From Mesotaenium endlicherianum (Eukaryota), in NCBI GenBank assembly GCA_009602735.1, contig WELA01001807.1, forward strand, positions 1-64,000: a stretch of 64,000 bases of DNA. Direction: 5' to 3'. Both the position numbers and the translations under genes were made by a program. The notes under the pieces were generated by a model. The model was not told the origin of the DNA. It did not search any database and saw only the letters and a program-made list of their open reading frames with translations. Positions 48,201-60,113 of the stretch are shown here, one piece after another (position 1 is the stretch's first letter; every line of letters starts with the position of its first letter).

Positions 48201-51200
48201 NNNNNNNNNNNNNNNNNNNNNNNNNNNNNNNNNNNNNNNNNNNNNNNNNNNNNNNNNNNNNNNNNNNNNNNNNNNNNNNNNNNNNNNNNNNNNNNNNNNN
48301 NNNNNNNNNNACCCACCCACCCACCTATCCACCCTTCTTTCTGCTGGGGGGCTGCGCGCGGTGGGGGTCGGGGCTGCCACACTGAAGCCCTTCAAAGTCA
48401 CGTCATGCGCTCAGGCGGCAGCAGCAGCTGGAGGCCTGAGACTGCGTCACTGTCAGCCAACAGCAGCTCCCGCCTTCAGCCCTGCTCTGGTCAGACAGCA
48501 GCTGCACAGGAGCAGGCAGCCTGCGCAGCGCTGCTGACCATCTCCTTTGGACACAACCTGCGGGCACTTGACTTGACCTGCGTGTCACAGCGTGGGGTCG
48601 CCGAGAGTCTTGTGCTCCAATTTCTGAGACATGCTGCACGCGGGTCTCCGCTGTATTCCCTCATGTGTTTGCCAGGTGGTGCAAGCAGTGGCGCTGCCGA
48701 TGCTGGACTTAGCGCAGACATCTGGACGCTTCTGCTTTGACTTCTCCTCCCCCAGGTCCGCCTGCTCCCCCCCCGACCCCCCCGACCCCCCCCCAATCGT
48801 ATGTTATCCTTTACCTTTCTTTTTTTGGATGGCACCGCGTATGAAGCCTCCTATATGTCTCAGAGAAGGGGGGTACATGTAGCGGGGTCTAGGGCTTAGG
48901 GCCTAGGGCTCACGTGTAGGTGTAGTGCTAGGCTCCACGGTAAAGAGCTGAAAATAGGAGGCACAGGGGGGGGGAGCACTGTGCTGAATCCGCTGCTCTC
49001 ACTACCCACCCACGTTACCTGCCAGCTGGCATCCTTCACCTGGTCCGCCAGTGACCTGCCTATGTACACCGCTGCTGCGAGTGCGAGTGCAGATGGCTCT
49101 AGCCCTGTAGATGTGCATGGCTGCCTCGGTGCTCGCCCTGATACCATTCTGCTTAGCGCATGCGGCTGTCAGCCAATTTTGCGCACGCTCGCTGCCAGAA
49201 GAGTCCATCTCGTCCCTCAGCGCACCACTCTGGCCCCGTGAGTACAGCGTCACGTGCCATGTGTCTCCCACTTCCTGTTGAACCCGGGAGGAGCTGCAGG
49301 CCCTCGTGGTGTGTGTGCTCTTTCTTTAGGGCACGCAGCCAGGGTGGTCACAGATCCCACTTGTGTCATTTCCTGACCCCATTGCCAACCAAGCTTGGCA
49401 ACCAGTCACCGTCGCCCAGACACCTCCGAGAATTGTGTGTATGTGCGCGTGCGTGTCGGATTTATTCTGCCTGCAGTGGGCTGTTATCGTTTGGGGCGCG
49501 GCGAACATGGGCGGCAGCACGGCACCTGTTCCCCAACATGACGTTGGTCTACGAGGGGGCGGCCACCATGGAGCTGACGCCCGACAACTACATGCTTGTG
49601 CTCCTCGCCACCAACGTAACCCTCTCTCTCTCTCTCTGTGCGTCCGTGTCTCCCACTCTCACTGCCCTTCTATCCCCTTGCGCATCTCATTCATTATGTC
49701 CACACCCAAAAGCCTCCCCTCTGCGCTCTTCGTTTGCAATTATACAGGCAAGAGAAGAGAGGGGCTCACATTGCGTAAAACTACCCTCCTCGCCCGTGCC
49801 CTGTCGCCTAGCAGGGCCAGGAGGTGGCGTGCATCGGGTGGGACTCCTCGTCTGCCAGCATCGCCAAGTTCTCCGTGCTCGGAGGTACAATGCCACGACA
49901 TGTGTCACCGCCACCTGCTTGCACACGCCCTCTCGAGCCTCGTGTAGCCTTCCCCCCCCTGCTTGTTGCAGCACTCCCCCGGTCTGTTCTACTTGCCACC
50001 TGGTGAGACGTGGTTCTTGCGCTCCTTTTGCGTTCTTGGCCCAGCTCGGGCACAAGGAGTGGGGGTTGCACGGGGAATACAAGAGAAACAGAGCAGGAGG
50101 AAAATAGGATAGCGTTGGGCTTCAAGTATGCGAGATTGAGGACGCCACTTACTTGCAGACTGCAACGACGCATGTCATGCCTTGTCGTTGCAGCAGCAGC
50201 AGATAGATGGGGTTGTCTGTTGAATTACCTCCAGGACAGTCCAATCCAATCCAATCTAAAGTAGCGCATAAAGTAGCGCGGTGCATTGTGAGCTTACAAT
50301 GGAATGTGGCGGGCTTACGCATACGTGCACCTTCACTGGTTGTCCATGTTATTTTCAGACCTGGCGTTGCGGAACCTGCTGATAGAGTTTGACCTCGACG
50401 AGAAGCGCATCGGCTGGAAGGCCGCCGACTGTAAACTCTACGCTGCCTCCTTGTCTTCTGTTTTGTTTACTGCATACTTAGGAGTGGCCTGCACGCAGTT
50501 TTCCTGTGTATTGATGCCAATCAATATGAGACATGAATGGCAATGACAATTCCATGGGGGGAATGCCTCACACGTGCCATGTGTCCATGACGCTCTAGCA
50601 CAGGGACAGGCATAAGCAGGACAACCATTTCTGAGAGTGCTATCAGTGGCAAAATGATAAGGTTTTAATTGATGTTGGCACATAATGAGGACGCCAAGGG
50701 CCACATCACAGCGTGCCGACTCTCTGACCAGAGGCCACCACTGCCTGGTCGAGTGGTGCCCGAGGTTATAAGTAGATGTGAAAGTGAATGCCCTGCCAAT
50801 TTGATAGGGGAAAGCACTTGCAACATGTGCCATATGTGGTGGCGTAAGCCGCAGCTAAGGCGACTGCGCTGCTCATATCCCCTCAGCTCAATTGCTGAAC
50901 ATAGACCCCGTTTGCTATGTGAGCTTGATCGCTCACAGAGTGTTGCTCTGCAGCTGGGCGTCTGAGAAAGGTCTAGCAAAAAATTGTACGGAATTTTGGT
51001 CCCTGCGAAATTGATTGGTCTCTTTGAACCTCCCCTGCGTTCGTGTCACGTGCAGGCTCAAACATCAACGAGGGTATGCTGGCATCTCCTCGTGAAATTT
51101 TTTTGAATATATCTGAAGCAGGCAATGGCACCTTACTGGCTGATCCCATGAAAACAAATTCTGTTGTTACACAATTCCAAGGCCCAGCAGCAGCACCTCC

Positions 51201-51387
51201 TTCAACTCCCACTCCCATCAACTTCTTTACGCCCGTGAGCTCTATTGCAGCTACCCCAAAGAGCGTTGGAAGGACTTCGAGCACTATATTTTCGACACAT
51301 GCCATCCTCTTGACATGCATATTCACTTCACTCCTCTGCCCCGATTCATTTCTCTCAGCATTGACGTGTAATTGTCCTTCCTGGTAA
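45214..51387 (+). CDS. Plant-type A1 (pepsin-like, atypical/nucellin-like) aspartic protease, secreted, probably GPI-anchored
   Basis: Phase-consistent exons 45214-45590, 46070-46199, 46528-46766, 47064-47297, 47742-47892, 48676-48755, 49477-49615, 49815-49884, 50359-50430, 51056-51387; catalytic VDTGSDLLWV and ILDSGTSL; FGC, DGVLGLG, FAHCL, SVLGD, FDLDEKRIGW; an upstream in-frame ATG at 45103 is an alternative start. Confidence 0.92.
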
Positions 51388-52085
51388 TAAAAGTGCCTAC
51401 TAAAAATGTTTATATGACCCAAGTGCTTATGACATGTCTATATCAAGTCTGCCAAAACTTTAAACAATTGTTAATCGAGATTCTCTGTAATCTGTATACC
51501 AAGAGGTTTTTTTGTTAGCTGCCAGCATGAGTGGCAAAATATGTACACATATTATATGATACAGTCTGGTGGCGGGACTAGATACCACATGACCCATATC
51601 CATGTAAAACCTTGCCTACTATTTGAAGCTCCAGAAACGCCTCTGACCTCTCCGTCGGCACTACCACTCTAAATGTACACTAGCTTAAGCACTAACATTT
51701 CAACAGCCAATGATTGCTTCCCCAGGCAATCATGAATTTTAACACATAACTGTACTCCTGAGACCATCCAGAAATATGTACAATGGTACCTTTGAACTCA
51801 TAATGCAAGTATGCCGCTTATGCGCGAGCATGCAATAAGATGACAAAGATGACAGCGATCCTACCACCACCAGATTTGACCGAGAGCACTATAAGCGCAC
51901 GTCCCTATTACTCGAGATTCCACCACCAACAGCACAATTCATCCTTTTACTCTGCTAGGTCTAAAATTAGTCAACACCCATGAAGGAGGTTCGCCCTCCA
52001 CCAGAAAAACATTTAAAAATACCCCAAAAAAAGGCCCTCTTTTTGGTGGAGGTGCATGTGCCAGCTGCAGGCAGGAGTCTTCCAG

Positions 52086-54591
52086 TCAGAGAGGGCGGGG
52101 AACGACGCCCTCAACAGGCCTTGCATGCTCCTCCGGCGTCGCACTCCCCTTCTTCTTTGCGCTGCCAATCTCCTCCGATGCCGCTCCGGGCGGCCCGAGG
52201 AACCAATCGATAGCTTGCGATGCAACCTCAACAGGCACAGAGTGCCCCCCGGCAAACTCGCGATACGTCAGATTGTAGCCGCACTTCTTGAGCTTGGGGA
52301 CCAGCTGGCGGCTGCAGCGGTCAATATGCAGGATTGTGTCGCGCTTCCCGTGCGAGATGAAGACATCTGGCGAGTCCACGTAGCATGGGGGCTTCATGAA
52401 TCCGGGCGAGAACGCAATGATGTGACTGCTCAAACTCTTGCACGCATGGAGTGTACGCATCAACGTCCCATCCAGTCCAATTGAGTAACAAAAAAGGCTT
52501 AGAATGAGTTGTATGTGACAGCTGGGATGCAGCCAAGAGTTGCAGTCAGAAATGGCAGTGCGGTCAGGTTGAAGGTAATGATAGCAAGCCACTAAAAAAA
52601 AACTTAAGATTCAAGAAAATCGACACATAGTTATAGAACAGCCCTGACAATGCCGCCACATAGGCGCCTGTTCCCCCTCCCCCCAACCCCACCAATACAA
52701 TTTAGGAAGTGGTGATGGCCCGTACACAACATCGGACCATATGATCAAGCAATTCCTTCCCATACATTTGGGCTTCACTAACTCCCCAGCTAGCATTTCT
52801 CCCTCCACTGCTATTGAGACCCCCTGAGAACCGGAAGTCATTCGATTTGACCCTCAAAGGGCCTGGACAGTGGCGGAAAGCGAGGCACGCAGCTGCACTT
52901 AAGCATGAAATTCCCCGAGCTAGAACGACCTGGGCAAAACAAAGAGAAATCTTTCTCTGACATGCATCATACCAGCTCCCAACGCAAGCCAAACATGCCC
53001 AAGTGAAGCAGAGAGGCTGCACGGCTGGATGGGCCCCAGGCACCTGAAGAGCAGGCCGTTGGCAATGCCCAGCGAGAGCGCGTAGGACGCTCCGTCGGAG
53101 AAGCCGGCAATGGCGATGCGGTCAGGGTCCACGGCGTAAGAGCCAAACACCTTCTCCAGAGCCCTGCTCGCCCCATGCGCACTTGGCCCTCGCACAATTT
53201 TGACATCTCTGCAGGGGCTCAAGTGCGTAGTCAAGCAGGCAGCCACAGGCCAGGCGACAGCAAACATCAGCAGAGGCAACAGAGGTAACACGCAGCAATA
53301 GCAGCAGGCGGCAGCAGCAGGCGGCAGCAGCAGGCGGCAGCAGCAGCAGCGGGGAGAGGCAGCGAGCGCGTGCACACGTACTTGTCGATGAAGGCAACAT
53401 CGTGTCCATACACGCCCACAATGGTGTCCCAGGTGCGGCCCCGGGACGCGGGCGACAGCAGGAGCAGCCCGCGGGCATCGGCGAGCGGGAGCAGCGGGGC
53501 CAGCCCGTTTGCGGCGTCGGAGCCTGCCCCATGGAGGATGACCACCAGGTGCGCAGGCCTGTCCTGCCGGTACCCCCTGGGGACGTAGATCAGACCGTCT
53601 CTCTGCCCCCTGCATGCGTGCGTGCAGCGCGTGCCCCAGCGCGGCAGGGAGAGGAGAGAGAGAGGAGAGGAGAGGAAAGCCAGAAGAAAGTCAGGACTCC
53701 GGACTCAGTGCTGCTCCTACTTCTTTCGCTTAGCCCTCGAGAAACTGGGTGGAGAATGTTGCTTTGAGCAGGTTGTGCAAGGGATGCATTCAATGCTCAA
53801 GTGCAAGCATAGGGTAATTCTAATGCAAATCCAAGTTACGAAGCACACATGTGAGCGTGAGCGAGAAACAGGGGCATCAGCTCTAAATGAAGGTCACGAC
53901 ACAAGACACCTTACGACCTTGTTCAGCTTGAACCTCCTACAGCAATTTTGCCTGTCAGGCAAAGGTCACTTCCTGCCCGCTGAGAAGTTCAAAAATAAAT
54001 ATAGACCAGCCTGGTACACAGGCCCGACAGATATATGCAGATTGTTTGGTCTGTGAATGCACAAGTAAACATCCGTCTGTCATTTTCCGGACAAGACACC
54101 CTTTGGTTGCCAGGGGAACAGTGTAGGCCATCCATGATCCATGCACCAATTTGGATGCTGCATGTGCAAATCACACACGCCATGTGGCACAGTCTCCAAA
54201 TTCATGCTTGGCTGCTGTTTGTGCTCACTCCACTTGTCTTGAACACAAAAGACGAAAACAAAATCCAGCAACGCTAGATTACTATTGGTTGATTCTAATA
54301 ACACTCCTGTTTACCACCAGAGGAGAAAAATCCACGAACGAGGCCAACAGAGGACCCTCACCCTTGAAGACCAAGAGGAATAGCAGCTCCTCTCGCTGTC
54401 GGTTTTCCATTATCCTCGAATGGCCTCCAGGGATGTAGCGGCCGAGAGTTGAGCTTTGCCTGAGGGGCCTCATGCTCTTTGGCCAGATCCTCTGCCACCT
54501 GGCCTCTTAAGGAGCAATCGGAGCAGTCGGAGTATTGGGAGTTTTCAGATTCGTATCCGTCAGAATCCTTCTTGTTATTGAGACCTGTCAT
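52086..54591 (-). CDS. Alpha/beta-hydrolase of the phospholipase/carboxylesterase type, 4 coding exons
   Basis: Exons 54591-54362, 53609-53382, 53163-53044, 52425-52086 (all introns phase 2); LHGAG, nucleophile elbow GFSDG, HGKRD, GGH give a Ser-Asp-His triad; start codon tentative. Confidence 0.9.
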
Positions 54592-55676
54592 CGTGTCCAA
54601 TTATCTGCATATAGTAACCACCAAAAAAATCAGGTGTGCCATCACAAAAGAGAATGGCAATGTTGTCCTGAAAGGTCCTTGGGCAGCCTTATACTTAGAC
54701 CTATCAAAGTTCATGGCCGTACATACAAAAAACACGCCCTAATTTCGGAAATATCGAAACTGACAGAACTACAATAAGTTCATGCTCAAACAAGCTGTAA
54801 AACAAGGTGCAGATTGTCAATTTGAATGCACACTTCAGTACCACACAAGCTCTGCACCCTTTTGCCTCTTTTACTTCACTCATTAACATGCCTTATGCTT
54901 GTCTCGACGGAGGAAAATCTGCAGCAAAGAACCTCTTTGGCACAGAAATTGTCACTGATATACACATCAATTTTATTTACACTGCAAGATCTTAAGTATG
55001 ATTGCCCTATAAACCTCTGCCGCTGATCCTTGAAAGTTTATTGACTTGCTGCCTAAGGTATGAGCACTCAACGTCTCCGCAAAATTGGTCCCGAACCTGA
55101 TGTGGAGTGTGTGTTCCTTCACTCACCTGCTAGCTGGCAATATGAAACAGAGAATGGCTTTGGGCACGATTCTATCCGGGAGGTATCTGCGAGGTATGTA
55201 CGCAATAATCCGCATACCTACATAACCTCAAACAAACAGAAGTCGCACCGCTTAGACAGAATCGTAGTTTTTCTCGACTCCAAACTTCAGTTTAGTTTTC
55301 CTTCTTCCAAGAGGTCGCATTGCATGCAATGAACTTGTAGACTCGAGGTAACTAGTACAGGGTAGAACCAGGTAGAACACGGGAACAAGATTACTATGCC
55401 CCAGGTCTTGCCCAAGCGCCAACTGCCACCAACTGCAGCCAACTGGCATCTACTTGTTGTCGGTCATCACCTGCTCATAATCCGACGTGGTCCAGTGAGA
55501 AACCAAAAACTGCCTCAAGAATGTACAGAAGTACAGACAACAAGAGCAGTTGTCAGTGATTGTCAGTATATTTCAGTAATTGCACGAAATAGTACGCGAA
55601 GGCACGCAAAAGTGAGTGTGAGGTGGTACACGCTGGAGCACGCGAATGGAGGTGTATAGAACGAATGGAAAAGAAG

Positions 55677-55723
55677 GAAAAAGTGGGGAAAGTGGGAAAA
55701 AGTGGGGAAAGTGGGAAAAAGTG
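55677..55723 (+). repeat. Short purine-rich tandem repeat (GAAAAAGTGGGGAAAGTGG, about 2.5 units)
   Basis: Directly visible; lies upstream of the esterase. Confidence 0.8.
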
Positions 55724-56830
55724 TCCTCCCGAGCAGCTCTCGAGCACTCGAGCACTCTCGAGTCTGGAGTAGCAAAGCGTCGCCTAGTTCGACAAATGTG
55801 AGGCTTCCTCTTACGACCTTCTCCCCATAACGGCCTCCACCCATTAGCTCAATTTTGGGGAAAAGGCACAAAACCATTCCTTCCTCGAAAAGCCATAAGC
55901 TGTCGTCATCAAGAAGTAGGGATACTATGGCTTGTTTTCCTTTTGATGAAATCTTGCGATGCCGGCTAATGGGGGGACTTTAACATGCACTTTCCTTCTC
56001 TCTGACACACTCCGACCAACACGGGCATTATTTGTGGTGAGCCTAACGCTCAACACAACGTAACAAATGCACAAAAAGAATATGTTTAATTATCTTTCTC
56101 TCATGACACGCCAAGACGCGAAGCTTACCCGTCAGTGGCCTCCTTACCGATCCCCTTGCAGGTCGCGCAAGAGCCACTCTTGCGCCACGAAAAGATAGAA
56201 AGAGGTGAGGAATCAGATGGACTGGTTGGGAACCTTGGGGAACCAGTTTGAATGACTATTCTGGGGAGAGAGAACTTGTGCGGGCAAAGATTCTGGCTGA
56301 AAAATGCATCAATGTGATAGACGAGAAGAAGAGAAGGGAATGGACGTTCGACTCGTCATCAACTCGTCATTATAATGACGGACTTTGTTGCCTCCTGACA
56401 CCATTTTTGACAATCTGAGACCAGAAGGGAGGGCGATATGGTATGCCCTTCTTCAAGAAAGAAGAAAGTTCCATATCGCCCACAAGCAATTGGCTTCGTG
56501 GTGTAGGTTCTGTAAAGATACGAAACTAGACGACAAGTTTTAAATTCGTTTGAACTTAACCACTTCAATCGTGGCCGACGTCATGTCCCTTCTCTACAGA
56601 CAATCGTGCTTGTCGATCACATTTGGAAGAATGGCAACGAAAGACATGGAAAAGGGGAATTTTTGAATTTTCTCGAAATGTTGCTAATGAGTGGATGCTG
56701 TAAGACTCCCTCCTTGCAGCAATCACAACATTCCACAGAGAGAAGGCAGAGACGCGCCCCTCAATGCCCCTAACGAAAAGTATTTCATACCTCCATGGAT
56801 ATCGAAATTTGAGAGGGGACCGACAATGTT

Positions 56831-57418
56831 CCTCACACGAAGCCCCCCCGAACGATGCAACAAAACAACGCGACGGCTGTCGACGCTCGCCGTCTACGCA
56901 TCAACCTTCCCCCCTCCCTCCCTCCCTCCCTCCCTCTCCTTTCTCCACCATGCCTCCTGCCTCCCCTTCCCACTTTCTCTAACACCCTCAAAACAAGCAA
57001 GCGGCCATGGCCGCCTGCAACGACGAGCTGGCATGGCAGCCTACCAGCATGCGCTCCCAACCTTTTGACCCCACAAACCCATTTAACGAGCGAGAGCTCC
57101 CTCTCACACGCCCCCATCACGAGCTACCTAGCCCAGGCGAGGCTTCGTCCCACTTCTCCTTGCCATGGCCGCTCACCAAAAGACCCAAGAACGCAGTGCC
57201 TAAGCAAAAAACAGGCCTAATTTATGGCTAGAGCCTAATTTAAGGCGGTTGCTAAAGGGCGGGCCGCAAAGAAAGCGCGATCACGATCATACGCGTTTGT
57301 GCGAAGCCGGGTAGCAGTGCACGTATAAACTTTTCGGACGCACGTCTGGGCAAACGCTCACACGAGCAGAGGACCTTCCTGATGTTTTCCTCACAACACA
57401 TACGTGAGGAGCGCCTTA
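56831..57418 (+). repeat. CCTCAC repeat copy, first of a head-to-tail cluster
   Basis: Colinear with 43321-43906; 3' hairpin TCCTCAC...GTGAGGA followed by GCGCCTTA. Confidence 0.85.
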
Positions 57419-57484
57419 CTGACAACAACCATCCACTGCACATACTCGGTCAATATTGTGGTCTGTGAGGAAATCTGCAATTTT

Positions 57485-59757
57485 CCCCTCACGAAGCCCT
57501 CCAAACGATCGCGACATACTTAAGCGTCAAACCAGCATGATTATTATCAACGCTCGCAGTCGATGCAACGGCTGGCCTCCTCCTTCCCTCCTTCCCTCCT
57601 TCCCTCTCCACCATACCTTCTCCCTCTTCTTTCCACCCTCTCTCTCATATCAAGCAGGCATGGCCGCTTGACATAACCAGCGACCATGTTTGACCACCAC
57701 CATGTGCTCCCAACCTTTTCACCCCACGAACCTATCTTACGAGCGAGAACGCCATCTCCACACCCCCTTCACGAGCTACCTAGCAGCCCATGCGATACTT
57801 CGCCCCCCTTCTCCTGGCCATGGCCGCTAGCAAAATTCTCGAGGACCCTCTATTTAAGCTAAAAAGTCGCCTAATTTGTGGCGATCGCTAAAGGGCGGGC
57901 CATGGTGGAAAAGCGCGATCACAATTGAACGATATTGCATCGATCCAAATCGCACGCGCACAAATAAATTTTCAGACGCACGCATAGACCAAGACTCACA
58001 TGAGCGAAGACCCTTACAGATTTTCTTCTCACAAGCGTTACATGTAATGAATCAATTCATTATTTGTTTAATTGATTGCATATATAAATACATCACTGAA
58101 TAAGTATTATGTCAATATATTCACATGTGCGAGTTCATTTAAATGAATGTATGTCGATATAATGCGAGTTTGCTTACTTTGTCGAAAAGGTTAGCAGGAT
58201 GACTTTTGTATTATGGTGTAGTTTTCTGGGATTATCAAAATATATTGTAGTGAAACAGATAGATAAAGTACTTAGTAAAACAGAATACTTTATCTATTCA
58301 AGACAAGGATCTTTGAACACAAGTGGTAGCTTCTTGAAAGAGAGATGGCTTCTTGAAAGTTAATATATTTCTGGATTTTGGCAAGTACAAGAGTGATTCT
58401 GGAATGTCTTTCTATGTTCTAGCTCTTGTTTATATACTTGCTACATAAGTAATTTCTAGGAAGGTGTATGTTGATGTGTTGGCACCCAACACATCCCAAA
58501 ACTTGCCACCTCTTTCTAGAATAATGTACACATGTCCTTTTGACCTAAAAATGGCACATCTGACTTTTGCCACATGGAGTTCTTCTAGGTCTTTCCTCTA
58601 ACTTCGAAAATGCCTTGGAAGGTTCAAAGGACATGAACCAAGTTACTAGAGTACCTATTCACACTTGACTCCACACAATACTACTCCAAATATATTTGAA
58701 AACATTAAAATATATGCATACTAATATATAATAACTCAAATCACTACATATATATAGGACATAATATCAGTACGTTGACATGTAGTAAGCTCGCATGATG
58801 ATAATTGGTATACTTAGACTCAGTACGCTGAGAATAGACATATTCAATAAGATAATTATTTGTATATTGGCACATGTGACCAATTTGTGGTATACTGAAA
58901 GTCGGGAGGTTGACTGGGAATCGGTGAATCAATGTCCTACTAGTGCGGTTGAATCCCGGGTAGGCAGAGCCGACGTCAGCTAGCTGAACAGTTAGGACTT
59001 CAGTCAACCGACCAAATAATATGGTCGTTATACCTAGATCCGTGGGTCTCAACTTAACGGGTATCCCACGAAGCGGCGCACCTTGCGCCGTGGTCAACCA
59101 GGTGGTCACTATGTACATAGCAGGCTAGGATCTCGTGGTCCCTCAAGTAGGCTTTACAGTTGGATTTCTATTCGCAAGTCATATGTACACTTTTGGGATT
59201 GTTATTATGACCAGCTTTTACGAAAATTGACATGGCATCTTCGTCTGTGCTCCAAAATGAGCGAACTAGGACGGTTTGGAAGAGGCGTCCGTTGCCATTG
59301 ACTTTGCTCAATGTGAATAAGTATTGACAGAATTATGCCTTCTGACATTTTGGGGTCACAGTCTGGACAGATTCCATGCTTTTGCACCTAAGTCAGTGGG
59401 ATGTGTTTCAGCTACATTATGGTCATCTGAATGAGAGCGCCTTTGCTATTTGGTCCTTTTATGTTGTGTATGTGCTCATACATGCTTGTATGCCTGGTAC
59501 GCAAGAGGCCGCGAGTTTGTAAAGGAAAAGCTCTAGTCCTCAAGTTTGCCTTATTCTTGTGCCTTGAGGTAGTGTGCAACTATGGCACACTACAGTAAGT
59601 GAGTCAAGCGATATAGAGGAGTAAACTAAATTCATTATAAGGACGGAGACCGCTCCCTCATTTTACACGCTTCCACCAAATTCTGACCATATATCTAATT
59701 GAAACATGTTTTGTGTTGAATAAGCAAGATTCATTTCAATACATGGAGGACGCATTA
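57485..59757 (+). repeat. CCTCAC repeat copy interrupted by a solo LTR (pieces 57485-58042 and 59744-59757)
   Basis: Removing 58043-59743 restores TTCTCACAAGCGTTACA-TGGAGGACGCATTA, matching the family 3' end. Confidence 0.75.
58043..59738 (+). mobile_element. Solo LTR of a third family (C), 1696 bp, related to family B
   Basis: TGTAATGAATCA...GATTCATTTCA termini; TSD TTACA/ATACA (1 mismatch); internal block TCCCGGGTAGGC...TGAACAGT shared with B LTRs. Confidence 0.82.
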
Positions 59758-59872
59758 TTGACGATCGCAAACTGGGCCGTGTATTGGCTCCTATAGGCTA
59801 GACTCGATCAATATCTTTGTGTGTGGGGGGGACATACTGGACCAAATTCATTTAATAAAGGGTCGCAAACTT

Positions 59873-59950
59873 CCTCTCACAAACCGCCCCAAACAACGAT
59901 AACAAATTGAAACGTCAAAAGTAGTCGAGGGGGCTCGTTGACGTCACAAC
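59873..59950 (+). repeat. 5' part of a further diverged CCTCAC repeat copy
   Basis: CCTCTCACAAACCGCCCCAAACAACGATAACAAATTGAAACGTCAAAA resembles the start of 43321-43906. Confidence 0.55.
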
Positions 59951-60113
59951 AAAGTAAGTATCACAAGAACAAAGCGCGGCGAAGCAAAAAGAGGCCTCAG
60001 CATGTCTGGCATGAAGAGAAAACAAGAGAGGGTCAACACAACCCACCTCGGCCTGTATGAAGTCACTCCACCACACAAAAAGAGCAACATATGACGAATT
60101 CGACGTCAATACA

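Noticed and set aside
47882..48740. Long ORFs crossing the N run at 48133-48310
   Set aside because: Gap artefact inside an aspartic protease intron
48889..48909. Telomere-like CTAGGG/CTTAGGG units
   Set aside because: Only three degenerate units in an intron; compatible with chance
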